This document shows positions 10,919-25,099 of a DNA stretch of 42,786 bases, piece by piece. The DNA is from Perkinsus olseni. Taxonomy: Eukaryota. The stretch lies in the NCBI GenBank assembly GCA_013115125.1, contig JABANN010000285.1, positions 1 to 42,786 of the forward strand, in the 5' to 3' direction. Below the pieces are notes generated by a model. The model saw nothing but the letters and a program-made list of their open reading frames with translations. It did no database searches and was not told the DNA's origin. The translations under genes were made by a program, and so were the position numbers. Within the stretch, counting starts at the first letter, position 1; every line of letters starts with the position of its first letter.

Positions 10919-12751
10919 CTACTGGGTGTCCCGCTGAGCCTCGGGGGACCTTCGTCGTCTGATTCTACCGCTACCTGCCGAGACGACGACCTCAGGCTTC
11001 GGAGAAAACAGGTCCCCCACGGCTACAGTCGACAGACTCCGATGGTCCTCCAACAGTTTGCTGGCTTGCAGAGGCCTGCCAAAATACTCGGTACCCAATC
11101 TAAAGCCAGCAACCTTGGAAGGCCAGGGCTCACCGGCTGCCGCTATAATCAAATTGCTCCTTCTTTGCGGCTGCTCGGGGTGGGGGCGCAAACTTTGATG
11201 AACACGAGTGGAATTTACCTGCGTACGAATCCACAACCAACAACACTTACCAAGCAGTTTCGCTCCACCCGAGAGGACCTCCCACCTACTCTTGGGATAG
11301 AATTTCGGGGCCCAAGGCAGGCCCTCACCTGCTCTCAAGGAGGATGCTCCCCGAGAGTGAAGCAAAGAGCACAGGGGACTGGCTTCTCCCCACGATATCT
11401 CCAAATCCTGATAATATTCCTCAGCGAGTCCTCGGAAGCTTCTCTCCTCACCTGTAGTGCTGACTGGGATATCATTCTAGAGTTCTGCAGCCGCTGTAAG
11501 CAGCGCATCTCCTCTTCCTCAAGCACCGCTAGCTCCGCCTTGTCCGCCTTAGCACTGGCGAGGATGGCCTGAATCAGCCAGCTGAACATTCGGCTGTCTC
11601 CTTGCACACTACAGCCCGCTTTTGCTGAGCTTCCTCTCGCACCCTCCGGAGTTTCTTCTCCTTTTCCGCTTTAACCTGATGCCGTCAGTCGATATTCACG
11701 ATATGCTAACATCCCTAAAAACCGACCTGTAGCTTCGCCTCAATAGAGGCTTGGTGGATCGCCACTGCTCTCTTAGATTTCATAGCCAGATCTCTGGCCT
11801 GGATGAGCAGGTTCAAGTACAGGCGCAATCGTCCTAGGTAAGGACCTCTGTCCTGCGTTTCATCCGCTGGATCTCCGCGCTTTCCTTCCTGGTCTCCCGC
11901 GTAGCTTCCCTCTTAGCAAGCAATACGGCTTCTCTGTTCTTAAGGTGCTAACAGGGAGTGACATCCCGGCCGCCGAACTTTCCCTCATCCCGACCAAACG
12001 CCTTCACTACCTGCTCCTTGGTGATTCCCAAGCTCGTCTTCAACTCAAGTGCCCGCTTGACGTTCTCCGCTTCCCGCTGTCTCCGAGCCTACGTAATCCT
12101 CAATCCGTGCTAACTGGGCCATAACCATACTCCAGTAATACCTTATCGAGCTCCATAAGACTGTGCCGCCTCTGCCTTGCCGATTCCCGGCCCTTCTCCA
12201 GCTTTCTGGTCTGCCTTTTAACCTCGTCTAAATTCCTCCATATCTTATTCTCCTCCCTCTTGAAGTATCTACAAGGCAACAAACGCGTTCTTCCCTCATG
12301 CGCGTCTCGAAACTCCCATCAGTCGCCCCTTCTTCGGGACACTAAATCTCAACTACAGTTTTCTCTCCCCTTAACGAACCCTAACTCGCTCCCTTGCACC
12401 GTTGCTAGCGCGCTGAACGTACGTTATCAGCACAAGTCAATGTTATGAGCATAAGAAGATATACAATAAATCTATGAGATATCATCTGAGGAGGGCATTA
12501 TGTACCCTCTATCGGTCTTTCGGCTATACCGTCCCATGATCAGCAACACTACTACTCCTCCCCTTCCAGTACTACGCTATCCGAGCCTTAACGGCTTGTT
12601 TCTCGGCCGCGATGCTCCGCTGTAGCCTACAGGAGTCCGACAGGCTCAGCCGTTGCTCCATGGAATGATGGAGTAGTTCTTTCGACGACCTCCGCAAAGA
12701 CACAGGGCGTGCGCTAAATACACTGCGCTGCACGAAAACTGCACGAAACAT
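10919..12751 (-). CDS. Multi-exon charged coiled-coil protein, possibly cilium-associated
   Basis: LQRSIAAEKQAVKARIA|YFKREENKIWRNLDEVKRQTRKLEK...; VKAEKEKKLRRVREEAQQKR; AELAVLEEEEMRCLQRLQNSRMISQSALQ. Start may be the ATG at 12751 or ~12661. Confidence 0.6.
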
Positions 12752-13280
12752 GTCAACTTGAACACCCTAAAGTAACGACTGACACAATTTCTAATGGTGA
12801 TTAACAAGGAGCCCCACAGGTTATCCAGGGGGGGAAATCTCTTCGCCTTGCCAAAGCTGCAGTCTGCACGGGTGAGGACGGACTTGTCGACTCTATGGTG
12901 TCGAGTGATAAGCGGCTAGAATCGCCACCTCGCTGGGATTCCGACATCCGTTAAAACGAAGCCCACAGTATTCTGAGCTACACGTGGGCCATGGCTTGAC
13001 TGCTGAGCGTCCGCGTGAGTTTCACTGCGAGTCCTCGAAAGGATGGGCACCCCTCGGTTTGCATCTAGCGCCGCAAACCCATCGGGCATGCTCCCCGAAG
13101 CATATTAGACGTCTTCGGTTGAGCTTTCTCACCGCCCCAACGTCTCAAAGGCACACAACCTACGTAGATCCCCCTCAGGGCCCGAACGTTGCGCCAGTCA
13201 CAGCGAGAACCCACAGAGATAGTCGGCATACTAGTCAGAAGTGAGCTAACTTCCACACTGAAGGGCTCGAAGGTGACGGA

Positions 13281-16169
13281 ATGGAGAATAGTCCCTCCTC
13301 TTCTCACAGGTCGTCTGGGTTCCTGTCGAGCCGCGTCCACTCAACAGTCAATCGTGATCTCCACAACCTTGTTGACCGAGCCTTGGACGAATTTACCTCC
13401 AGTAAGGATTGCCGAACTCCCCGTGTCACAGCGGGCTCTTTCCCAAAAGGCACTACGAGCAGCCCACTCGAGGAGGTGAAAAACATCCTAGCAACAGTTC
13501 GGAAGCAGTACGACGAGACGCACGCTGAGGCTGAGAAAAAGTATCTACTCCATGTGACTGGATACTGGGTATTTACCGCCTTCCAGGCAACGAGAGCTCA
13601 ATCAACTGCGGGAGAGAATACAGGCCGCGGATAATGTCTCACAGGTGCAGCTAAACCCACACTCGGGCGCAGTGCCGAAACCAGCCTGTCCAATTAGGTG
13701 GACACTGACGACATCTTCAGGATGGAAGGTGCCAGGAAGAAGTTGGAGGACCAGCTTCACGAAGTGCAGGGGAAAATAGAGGAAGCCAGAATGAACAAAA
13801 AGGTGTGGCCAGACAGATTTGAATGCTAACCCTCCTCGCGGCCAATTTCATCAATTATGGCGAGGCGGTCGTAGCTGCGCCCGGCCTTTCTTCTCGACTG
13901 GCGACAAGGCTTCTTTTGCAAGGTATATGACCACATGTTGGCGAGGATAAAAAAGGAGTATCTTCACATACGAGAACAGATGTTGAAAGTTGAGAAGCTG
14001 CTAAAGCGTAAAAAAGCAGAGTACAAGGGCAAGGTGAACAAGAGTTCTGGCATGCGATGGGAAGCAACGACATTCAGTCGGAGAAGGCTCGTAGATGGTC
14101 CGAACAACGACAGGCCGCATCGCGCGAATACGAGACGGCGCTGGCCGAGTTGGAGCAGGAAAGGACGGCTCGGGAAGGGGCTCTTGAGGACATGATGGGT
14201 AGGACCCCCCCCCCCCACTATCCTCAGCTGAGCCCGGCCTACCTCCACGAAGCGGGTATTGGTTGTGTTTGGAAGGCTCGCTACAGTCGGTCAAAGATAG
14301 CATCAAAAGGCGGGCTGACTTCGAACGGTGGAGACACGAAGTCGCGGTGGAGGCGGCTAACGAGGTATCCCCATGGCCACGCGAGCGAGGACGTTGAATA
14401 AGTTGTAGGCCTTCAACGCATCCGCTGGGCGCTTGCGTAAGCTGTGGGTGATGGAGAAACTCACCGGCAACTGTCTACAGAAGATTATGGTCGAGCAGGT
14501 TTGGTGCCCTCGTCATTACAGCAAGCGCAATGCGTGCACACTGGTAGGTGCAAAAGTCCCAGGCCACAGAAGATGGCTTCCAAAGGATCCGAGAAGTGAC
14601 GGGCCTCAACGACGTCATGGACATCGTCCACCGCTTCCTTAACCGAGAGCTTGAACAAGTACAGAGTGGATCGGCCTCTCCGGCGCGCTCTCTTGCATTG
14701 CTGTGTTGGCTCCTCAAGACTGAAGGCCGCTTATGACGTATAAGCTCTATTGGTGTATGAGCGCAGAATGCCGTTCTGCATGGCGAATTGAAAAGCCGCT
14801 CCTTTGTACAGTAGGGTGTAGCCTATCCGTCTATAGGACCACCTAAGACAGTGTGTGAAGGATGCCGAGGCGAAGCTCCAAGGGCTCAAGGACGAGAACG
14901 CCAGGTAAACGCATGGGGAAGATGGGGACATTTCTCATAGCACCAATAACATTCTCGGTGGCTGAAGATAGCGCAGACGGAACAGCTAGCTTCACTCGGA
15001 CTCCGAGTCTCGGAGGGTGTATTGTTGCGGGTGAATCAGTCGCCCCATAGGGTCGTCGTCGATCCCAAACGTTCGGGGAAGGCTGCGTGCATGCAGTTGC
15101 CCAGTTGAAGGAGGGGATACCGAGGCATACTATCCGGTAGTCGCTTCAGGCTCCGCGCAGAGGCTGCTGATGCGAACCTATTCGTCCCGAATTCTCCTGG
15201 GGAGGAGCTGCCAGACCCCCTCACCAATGAGGACAGGTATGGCCGCGGTTGCCGCCCAGTCTCAATATAGTACCTATAGGAGCCTCTACATTGAGCTCGA
15301 CGAGCGAGAGCGGCAGTTGGCTAAGGTCAGCTCGGCTCGGTGCTTCCGTTTCGACCTGCTCGGATGCTAGGTCACCAACTCTTTCAATATATCGCGGGAC
15401 CGCCTACAAAAGTCCAGGATAGACGTCGAACACGTCCGCCGTTGGGTAAGATCCGCATGATAATAAACAAAAGCAGCTACTCCGCCTGGAGCTAGGCGGA
15501 GAGAGTGAACAACTCCATGGGAGCGTTTGAGGACCCGGTAGATCTCTCGAGTCCCCAGTGCTACCAGACTTTGGCCCAGTACTTTGAGAGGTGAGCGAAA
15601 CGCGAGCCGAAACCGCCGAGTGGCTGCCCTTCAGGTTGCCTAGGACCATCGAACTCTTCTGTGCACATGTTAAGGAACAGCTGGAAACTGGAAACGTAGG
15701 CCGCTCCGCTTCAGCGGTGAATGGTGTAGTCTCTTCAGCAGGTCCCGATTAGGAGCGCCACGCAGGCCCGATCGATAGCCATTCGTGAGCAAAATGATCT
15801 CCTCAATGACGAGGAGTTCAGCCGGGCCAACTGCCGTGTTCGCTCGGGTAAGTTGCTATCGATATGTGTCCACACTCTTTGCATTTCTCTATGTCTGCTG
15901 GTTGCCGAGTCTCTCAGGAGGGCTCTGCTCCGAGCGATGGTTGCGGAGCTGCCCTTCCTCCGCATACTGCAGGTGCCCCACCACAGGAACCTCCAGTGAT
16001 TCAGGGGCGGGCCAACACCACCGCAGTCCGTAAGGGCGAGATTATTGACGACCAGGATGATGATGAGGATGACGATATCGACGACCCTCGATTCACATCT
16101 GATAGAGCCATTCTGAAGGCGACAAGCTCCACCAGGGTTCACGAAGCGGAGAAGCACTTGAAGAAGTGA
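13281..16169 (+). CDS. Coiled-coil protein resembling outer dynein arm docking complex subunits (CCDC151/ODAD3-CCDC114-like)
   Basis: Many spliced exons; VYDHMLARIKKEYLHIREQ and EDGFQRIREVTGLNDVMDIVHRFLNRELEQ resemble the F..I...TG..D...IV..F motif of ODA-DC proteins. Start uncertain. Confidence 0.6.
14994..15015. repeat. 22-bp scar, 8-mer ACTCGGAG, perfect, intronic
   Basis: ACTCGGA-CTCCGAGT-CTCGGAG inside intron 14905-15149. Confidence 0.85.
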
Positions 16170-16585
16170 GAATTCACTCACTTGCGCCTGCCATGGTTGC
16201 CTGGCAGCTCTGGTGTGCTGAAGAAAAACAAGGCGCCACGGGGATACCTGAAAGGCCGGGCCGCTTGAGAGGCTCCTCTGTCATGTTCATGGGTCTCGAT
16301 GCATCAGCTTGTGGAAGTTGAGTTCCTCGATAGTCGGGTTGGACGCGTATACGGGTAGCCATCATGCCAGGCTTGGCTACATGTAAATGACAACAAGGCT
16401 CGAAAAACGCCCCGAGAGGAGTGCCGAGAAGACATCCAGGCAACTGAAGCCTAACATATCACCTGTTGAGAAGAAGTGAGAAAGACGTCGTTACGTACAC
16501 ACCTATTTCGTGAGACCCGCCGGGCCACGGAGGAGCAGGCCGGCAGGAACCCTTTTCTGAGTATCTCACTCATTGCGGTGAAGGG

Positions 16586-19500
16586 ATGATCAGAGTCAGG
16601 TTCCTGTCGGATGCCTGCAAAGACGAGTTGACTCTGCAGTGGCTTCACATAAGCGAGCAAAGCCTAGTGAGCATAGCTGCAAGCGTCCTACCCGAGGAGT
16701 TCGACACCTCCAGCCGAGCGCCGGATATTGACTGGGTCCGCGTTAAAGTAAGGACTACGACGGAACATGGAGAATCACACCGAGTCAAACGAAGGTTCAA
16801 CAAATAGTGAGAACTTTGGTACAAGTGATACTCCGGGTGGCCTACGAGCGTCTGGGGCCTGCCGAGGAGGAACTCGTACGAATGAAGCGCAAGGCGGCTA
16901 ATACTGAGAAGCGACTGCTAATGGTGCGTGGTTGCCGCCATTTCCTCTCTGAGTATGGGCCCCTTGTTCAGGCCGTGGGAGATCACATCCGGGAGATACA
17001 GGCGCTGAAGGATGAGCTTCAAGCTGGTGGGTAGAAGCTCGCCTTGGTGTTGAGCACTGTGTGGGTTCAGCGAGACCGAGTGCAGTACCAGGCAAGCCTC
17101 GTCTCTCACTGAACGGTTCGAGGACGGTCCCGAGCCTTGTGGAAGACAGTGCCGGAGTGAAGACGATGGTGAAGCCTGCGGATGGCACGGGTCATGTCCC
17201 CTCCTTTTACCAGCCGCTCAAATACATCGATGCTGAAACTGAACAAGTCCTGGAACAGATCATTCAGGGTAAATTGAAGGATACCATCCATTGCCGAATT
17301 TGACGCACAATGAAACATTCCGCGTCCAGAGGAGTAGTAGTTGAAAAGATTCCACCGCAGTTGGTCTTGGAGTTTCAATCTGGAATAATATCTTCTCCTT
17401 AGAGCGACTAAGGACAATCTTGAGTTCGACGTCCCCCGAAGCTGCCGTTCGTCAATCCCCGACAGGCCGCCCTTCACAGGACTCTGCGAGGTCGGAAGAT
17501 GCGGGTGGATATTCCGCGGACGAGGAGAGGGAAAGTAGGTGAAGACTCAGACCACAATTACGAGGACACTCGTATACATGCAGAGCTCACCCGCGAACTG
17601 CAGTCAGTCCGGATGAACAAGATGAGGGTCGAAGAGGAGGTGCAGGTACGCTCTCGTCTGCCCTGCTGTAGCTGGAGCATAAACATGACGCAGATACTAC
17701 GGGCGCAGCTCATGGCTAGCCAGGAGGATATTGAAGCACTGCGTGTCGAGCTTGAGACAGGACAGCGCTATACAGTGCCTGACTCGCTCATGGCCGGCGG
17801 AGGGAACAAGGATGGGGGCCGCTCGGTAGGAGGCTTCGACGCCGTGTTGGATGAGGAACTTCGATTCAGGGTGGAATGCTTGAGTTAAGCCATCAGCAGG
17901 ATAAGGCACCGGCCGGCGATGAGGCGTCACAGTGCGAGCCCTCAATAGCCTGTTCTTGTGCTCGGTCGAAACTAGCAATGATTCAGCAGTTGCCACCGCG
18001 AGGGAAGGCTGCGGTCCCGGCAGATTTGAGAGGAGGCCTTCGTGGCGTCTCCGAGGATGCAGGAGATGCGGGGTAGGACGCGACGTGTCCAAATTAAAGA
18101 AGCACTTCTATCGTCAACAGACGACCCTACCCAGTGAGCGATGCGGCCAATGAAGGGAGCATGCAGAGGAGCATCGCTGCACCGCAGCCCCGGCCAAATC
18201 TGAGCCCATCGGAAGCTGCCTCTGCCAGCGTTGTTGGGCAACTGGGCCGTGACGGCCAACCTGCATCAGTGAGGCTGGCAGTAACAGGATTGTGTGGTTC
18301 GTGACTACGGAGTGTCAGAAGCAACCTTCGATCGATTCACCGGCACCCGAGTTAAAGATAAAGCCTTCATGCGACCAACCGCGGTCCAGTGTCGAGGAAG
18401 AGAATGCCCGTGAGGAGAAGGTGAGTCCTTTCGTCGAAGCAACAACCATGAGGCTCTCTCGTGCGCTGGCTTGTTTTCTATGCCTGAGTCTTTACAGTTG
18501 GGATATCTCCATGGAATCATGTTTAGGGACCGGGCACGATGACCGTGAGCTCTGAGAATGAAATGGTGGGACACGACGCGAACAAAACGGCTGGATCGGC
18601 AACCAGCGCTCTCGGTGCAGAAAAAGTAGGCACGTTCGCTCGATCGAGAGACACGGCATGAAGAGTTAGAGGCAGTTCTACGGTTATTATGCTCAGGCAT
18701 CGAGACCAGCACGGAGCGAGCCATCATTTCCTCGGACGGTACAGGAGGACAGGAGCGTCGATCTCGGCCAGCCATTGCAAGCGGAGCAAATAAGCTCTAA
18801 TGCCGGAACACAGGAGAGGCCGAGCCAAGAGGTTGTCGGCGAAGCTGCCCCCTCGGAAGATACTTATGTCCCGAGCACTCATCTACATGCTGAGTGCGAG
18901 AAGTAGGGACACTTTCCTGCTCCGTTGGTCCAAAGACTGCTGTAACGCATGGTTGTCCACCTTTAGTGCTACCAGAGCAGAGCTTGAGGGGCCCTACAGC
19001 AACGCCACAAAGAAGCAGGTTCCTTCACCGGAAGATTCCGCGATCGGTGTAGGTCCGCAGCTCACTGCGTGCTCCGTGGCAATGCTTCTCGTCAGGGACA
19101 TGGTGAAGTAGTGAAGTTGAAGAAGAGAGTCAGTGCTCTGGAGAAACAGATCTCAAGTGAAAAAGTCCGAAGGCACATTAGTCTCTTTGTGTTTATGCCG
19201 CCTAGCAGGAAGAAAACCACAAGCTTCACGGTGCGATGGCCGAGCTCAGGATGCGATTCGAAGATTTTAAACTGCGTGCAGCGCAAGCTGTAAGTTGTGA
19301 TTCGTACTCGTTCTTCCGGGCATATAGGGCCCTGTGCAAGTGAATTCCTCCACGACCAACTCGCGTGGATGACTTCAGTTGTCGAGTGACGGAGGAGCCG
19401 ATGCTCTTGAAGAAATAGCCCAAGCATCTGGACTCGAAGATATCCTATTGGTGGACCGATGAAATCTGGATACGAGAAAACCCATCGCGTGAATCCTCAG

Positions 19501-19886
19501 ATATCAGTTGGAGGAGCGGAAAATATGAAGTCGTCAATGAAGGTCTTCGAGAGACTTTATTTGTAGCCAAGGGGACTCATGATGTGGATAGCGTTACTCA
19601 ATGGCCACCTCTTGCAGGGACTTTTATCGTCGATTGGAGCGTATGCGAATTCTGAGAGAGCGATACAACGAAGAGCTGCAGCGTCGCCTCGAACGACTGA
19701 GGTGAGCCAGAACGATACCACGCGATGCTTCTTTGTGAACTATCCTTCTCGGCCTTGCCTATTGTCCGCTGTAGATACCCCCTTGATTGGACCACACAAG
19801 ATTCAGTGGAACATTTGGTTGTTCGGTCGTACAACTCGATGTCGTGTCAACGAAGCATGGCTGACCGAGACGAGGATGATCCTTGA
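16586..19886 (+). CDS. Multi-exon coiled-coil hypothetical protein
   Basis: MIRVRFLSDACKDELTLQWLHISEQ...|VILRVAYERLGPAEEELVRMKRKAANTEKRLLM|AVGDHIREIQALKDELQAG...DFYRRLERMRILRERYNEELQRRLERLR|YPLDW...DEDDP*. Confidence 0.55.
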
Positions 19887-20030
19887 CTGCTGCGGTATGA
19901 GATTCGCGTTCCTCAGTCGATGACAAAAACAGGCCACGAGGAGCTGGAAAAATTTTGCTCTGCTGGAACTCGATGATCGTTACGCCAGGTTACCTTGCTA
20001 GTATATCTCATGGAGACCGAAAGTTCAGCA

Positions 20031-20052
20031 CAGGATAGTATCCTGAGGATAC
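20031..20052. repeat. 22-bp scar, 8-mer CAGGATAC, perfect, between convergent genes
   Basis: CAGGATA-GTATCCTG-AGGATAC. Confidence 0.85.
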
Positions 20053-20565
20053 AGGCGGGACTGGAAATTCCCATTTAGAACGCTGAGCTCCAGTTACGGA
20101 TACCGGAACCTCATGCACTGATCGACCAGAAAAAAGGAGTTGAAACCTCGCGTGATGCGTCTTATACCGTCAAGACGCGCTTTTTCTTACTATAACACTA
20201 TGATGGTGAGAAGTTGGTTGTCAGTGTTATCGCTTATAGTTTGGACAGTCCGAGGTCTCGCAGCGTGGTGCCCAGCTGAGGGCGACTGACAGAACGACGG
20301 GTGCGTCTTGCATCCCGCATGCATGTGATTCGAGTGGCCGCGGCGAAAACACCGAGAGGAGGCTTTGCGAGTCTGACGCCCCTGCCTAAGTGCCAGACAG
20401 AGCCTCCACTCATCACTGGAAAGACTCAACACTTCTTCATTATTAGGTGAAGAGTCAATGATGAGAAAAATAAAGCACGGTATTGCCGTGGATGAGGCAA
20501 GCCCAGACGATAGAGTCAACGGTTAATTATACATCAATTGAATGATAGGGAACGATAAAATTGAA

Positions 20566-23500
20566 CTAATGATTTCGTCTCCATAGATTGGCCTTGCTCG
20601 GAGAGTGCCACATCTCCGAACTTGACTCGGTCGAGTCCCTTGGGACGTACCTGCAACGTGGAAGTAACGCTGATCGTGACAACGGAAAAGCGCTCACAGT
20701 GTCCCATTCTTCTCAGCTTTTCTTATTCGTGCAGTCAACTTGCTAATCTCCCGCCGCCCTCCACTCGTCTTCTCAGCTCTCATGATAATCACACCTGTGA
20801 CTGCATCGGAGCGACGGGTCGTAGCGAATCTCAGCCTACCCGGAGATGATATTAAATCACACGTTTTCCTCAGGTTATGAACTCGCGGGATTCTTTCCGC
20901 GATCTTCGCAAAATCATCTTCATCGTCGAACGGCGCCGCTTGATTCAGAGGCGAGAGAGCACGACCAAAACGACAGAATTGTGAGCGCTGAGTTATGGCG
21001 TACAAATTTCGAACAGACATCGTGACGGGACCTGAGAGGCACATTATTCTCCGGAACGGATCCTGCTAGTAGGGAAGGAAGCTTATAAATCTGGACCCTC
21101 CAGGCCAGGAAGCCGGGTCATCTGATAATTGCTTTATACCGATATGTGCGGGAAGCCTTCAAGATATGAGCATAGCGGTGATATCCTAACTAGGTCGGTT
21201 GCGGCGTTCGCAAACTCACGCACATCCCCCGGTGCACGGTAATGAGAGAAAGCCCACCTTCTTCCTCGCACCGAAGGAACAGCGCCGTAACGTTGAAGTC
21301 GCACTCTGGACGATATGCCCGCGTTGCCTGTAAAAACTCCGAGGGTTTTATGAGGGACAGCAGCAACCAGTATAACTGGTCGAAGGACTGCTGTTGAGGA
21401 GTCGCTCGGCGGAGGAGATCTGAGAGCACGACTAATAACGGAAGGGTAACCGTCGCTGATTCGCGTGAGCAGGAGGGGGCATGGCTGCTTCGAAGGACGG
21501 TACCTCCACGGACTTCCCCTGCCACTCGTGCATTCACCTCAATAAGGCACACGTCATCGCCTGACACGACGATCACATGAGTAGCGCTGGTCACTCAAAC
21601 ATCGCGCCTACCACGTTGCATGATTTCTGTGTGAGCGGCGCCGTTACGCACTCCGGTAGCATCCAGTACTTTGAAGGCGTAGTCGACAACTTCACGCGGG
21701 CACTCGGACCAGGGCACTGATTCCTGAAGCGACTCCCAGCGTGATCCTCCGAGTATCGTCCAAGCCTGCTGGTCGAGAAACGGATGTTGCTTACTTGTAT
21801 GTCGTAAAGACACTCGGTTGAGCCAAGTTTCGCCTTTGGCGTGCCACGCCAGATATCCGAGAGGAGGTGATGACCGTCAACCGACACCGTGTTGACGATG
21901 AACTCGAAGCAAGGTCGACTGCTCTCAGTGGCCTCAGCAGCAGCACCCGAGGAGGACGAATCTCTGCAGGAAGCTCTCCGACGCGGGCTAGTGATGCAGC
22001 TCATCCGTACTGATCTTCGCAGCCATCCCCAGGCTTTGACCTCTTCCTTCTCAATCCTGCTCGAACGGGCGGCTGCTCCTGCAACGCTCCCAAGTACCTG
22101 AGGATGATGAAGATATCTAGAGCTACAGCAGGAAGAAGACTGCTATGTGGTATCGTATCTATGTCGCATAGAGGCATGAAGAACAAGCTCTACAGAAGGC
22201 AAGAGCTTGAAGTAGGGGCAGGATTCACGAACCTACTCTTGCATGACCATCTTTTCATTCGTCAGCCTCTCAGCATTCACGCGATACATGTTATCATCAA
22301 ATGCGTCTCGGAGGTCCTCGTCTGTGACGCACCTACCGAGCTCGGCGCCTGTCTTTATTCCAGCCAACCTCGTCTAACCCTACACGCAAACACCGTCACA
22401 GCCTCCACTGTTCGCCGGCTTCACGACGAGCGGGGAGTCACGCGACGGCCGCTTCCACTGCAAAGCTTGGTCAGCAGAAGTGAAAGACCGACTCTCGCAG
22501 TGCCGGAGGCCCTTGGCCGCCAGGCACCGCTGCATGAGGGCCTTGTCGGTCTGAGAGCGACTTGCTGCTACAGTGAACTTGTCGTTCTGCACCTCCCACC
22601 CGATGATCGCTCGTGAGGGGGTTGTTCCCGCAGCTGTGCAGCCCTAGGGTGGCACATATCCGGTCGGCGAAGGGGACGAAGCCGTCCAGCATGGGGACAA
22701 CTCCGAGAATATCCGATGTCCGAGACCTACACAGCGGTAAGCTTAGGCAGCTCATTGAATGGCGGCGTGCCATTTAAGGATTTGCGAAAGCGAGACGATA
22801 AACCAACAATGGTGCCTCAAGGAAGCATCCCACCACCCCTGCCTCGCGAGGGAATGCCGACAGTGAGTGGACATAACATTCTGACGAGATTCACCCGAGA
22901 TCAATCATGGCTTCGACTCGACTTGATGCTGCGGATTCAGTACTAATGGGAGCCGCAGTGGAATTGTCGAGAGCGTTTTCAGTTGGTTTTCCCCCACGAC
23001 CGTCCACCCATGTTCCCACCGCGTTATCAAATCCTTCTCGAGGCAGTCTAATACTCCACTGTAGTCGACAATCCCATGACCCGCCTGCTGGTTACTCGCC
23101 ACCGCATACGTTTTACCCGGCGACCCGCCAACGACCCCTGCCTGATGATGATGCACGCATGCACAAGATGCACAGAGGATTACGATGCCCGGTCTCATCA
23201 CCTGGGAGCTCATCGTTGTAGCGTTCCTGTAGAGGTCGTGCGGGGACACCCACACTTCGTGGACTCCGGGAAAATACTGGAAAGAGACCAATGCCCATGC
23301 AGCGAGCAACAGTCTTTCGTTACCGCTTGTAGATGCTTTTTAATCATCGTTCTCTTCCCGAGGGAGCCACCAATGAGTATGATCTCCTTTTTCTTTTCAC
23401 AACACAGACTCCCTCCCCTGCTACTCATAGGGGACGACAAGGTCGAGGAGGAGGCAGGAGAAGGGACGGCAGACGACGAGGCAGGGGAGTTGTTGTTGCT

Positions 23501-23584
23501 ACTGCTGCTGCTGCTACTCAGCTCAATGACGGGCCCGGTGAAGGCCGCAGCAGCCGTCTGAGGACTGCTCGTGAAAGACCGCAT
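20566..23584 (-). CDS. ATP-grasp ligase (L-amino-acid-ligase/NikS-like family)
   Basis: Motifs DKALMQRCLAAKGL, PLVVKPANSGGCDGV, VMQEYLG, EFIVNTVSVDGHHLLSDIW, YAFKVLDATGVRNGAAHTEIM, CLIEVNARVAG, KTCDLISSPGVIIM. Ser-rich N-terminus. Ends approximate. Confidence 0.85.
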
Positions 23585-24126
23585 CTTCCGCTACAGAACT
23601 GCTGAGAAGTGACCGGAACAGCTCCGCTATATCCAGAGGCGTCGAAATCCTTCAAGCAGATCATGCTTTCATTTCGTGTCCCCGTGAGTTACAAGGCGAC
23701 TACCCTCTCGCGAAGACCTTTTCTAGTCTGACGGCGTGCCCTCTGCCCAGAGCTGACGTACCCACTCATACCAAACTTCCGTGAATGCCAGGCATTACGG
23801 TGAACACAAGGGCGCATGTCGGAATAATTTGAAATTAGAATGGCAATGGTCATATGGGAATGATGCAGAATAGTGTCAACCTAGACATAGTGTAACAATA
23901 GTGTTAAAAACTATACAAACCGATACAACCCCTTCCTCAAGGTGCCCCAACGAAGCCCCCCAGCAACAGAGAGACGTCCTGCTGGTCCACTTCTGGAGGC
24001 AAGCGGCGGCTCTCACCGTAGCGACGCAGGTACCCGGGGTGCTGCAGTATGTCGGGCATCGGACCGTGAATCTCGAACTGTATCGTCCATTTCGCTGACA
24101 AAGAATGGCATGCGGATATTCCAGAA

Positions 24127-24700
24127 TTACCAGTAGACCGGAGCCTGTAAACACCCGGGACATCGTTAACGCTGAGTGCCGCAAACTAGGTGTTGAACTG
24201 ATGCGCACACCTCGACTTGACGACATAGACGACCATAGAAGGAGATTCTAACGTGGATCACTCCCGTACTTCCCAAGCCCGAGACATAGCCATAAAATTG
24301 ACAAGTCATCTCAGCCATGCGAGACCTACCTAGAAAAAGTGCTCCTATAATTATTGCGGATATGAGTAGCGTCTTCTTAGCAGCCGCACTCGTTATCCGT
24401 TGCATCTCTCTCGCCTGAGCGTCAGGGTCTGGAGGTAACCGATGGCCTGCGGGAGATGATGGCAGAACGATCGAGGCGTGGACGCGTACCGTTCCCATCC
24501 TGGCCAGCTAGCAGGGGCTCGTCCTGTGCGCCGGCAGTCATGGCGGCATGCCGTGCTGCTAACATGAACGATAACGCAGCCATGGGGAAGCTCAGTAAGA
24601 GCTCTCGCTCTACCGAATCAACAAACAACAAACTCCCTACGAGGATGATCATGCCAGGGACAAGGCGGCTGGGGTAGAACGCCGACGCTGAGAAGGCTAC
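24127..24700 (-). CDS. Small membrane protein, unknown
   Basis: Hydrophobic segments MIILVGSLLFVD, LLLSFPMAALSFMLAA and KTLLISAIIIGALFLG. Boundaries uncertain. Confidence 0.35.
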
Positions 24701-25099
24701 TCGAGTCGGGTCACTCGACGGACATAAGAATGACTAGCTTCACCCTCAGAGGTACGGTCGAAATGAACCCGGGTAGAGGTATCCCAGAATCACATTGATT
24801 GATCGGCCATCACAACCAAGATGTCTAGGGCGTCGACTTTGCGAGACCTCAAACCACTGAGAAGCCTTCAGCTCTACTATTATAGACTCGCTTTGCAAGA
24901 AGACCTTCAACTCCGCCAAACCTGGGATGGACGTTTCGGGTTTACATACATTCCACAGCCCCGCCGACCACCATCAGTCTCAACCCACCCATGCACTGGA
25001 ACCCAAGAAGCGTTTCAATCTCATAAGAATGACCCAGTGGCGCGACACTGCAGGTAAGAGCGACACTATTCGACAGACGACGAAGACAGATCACCATCA

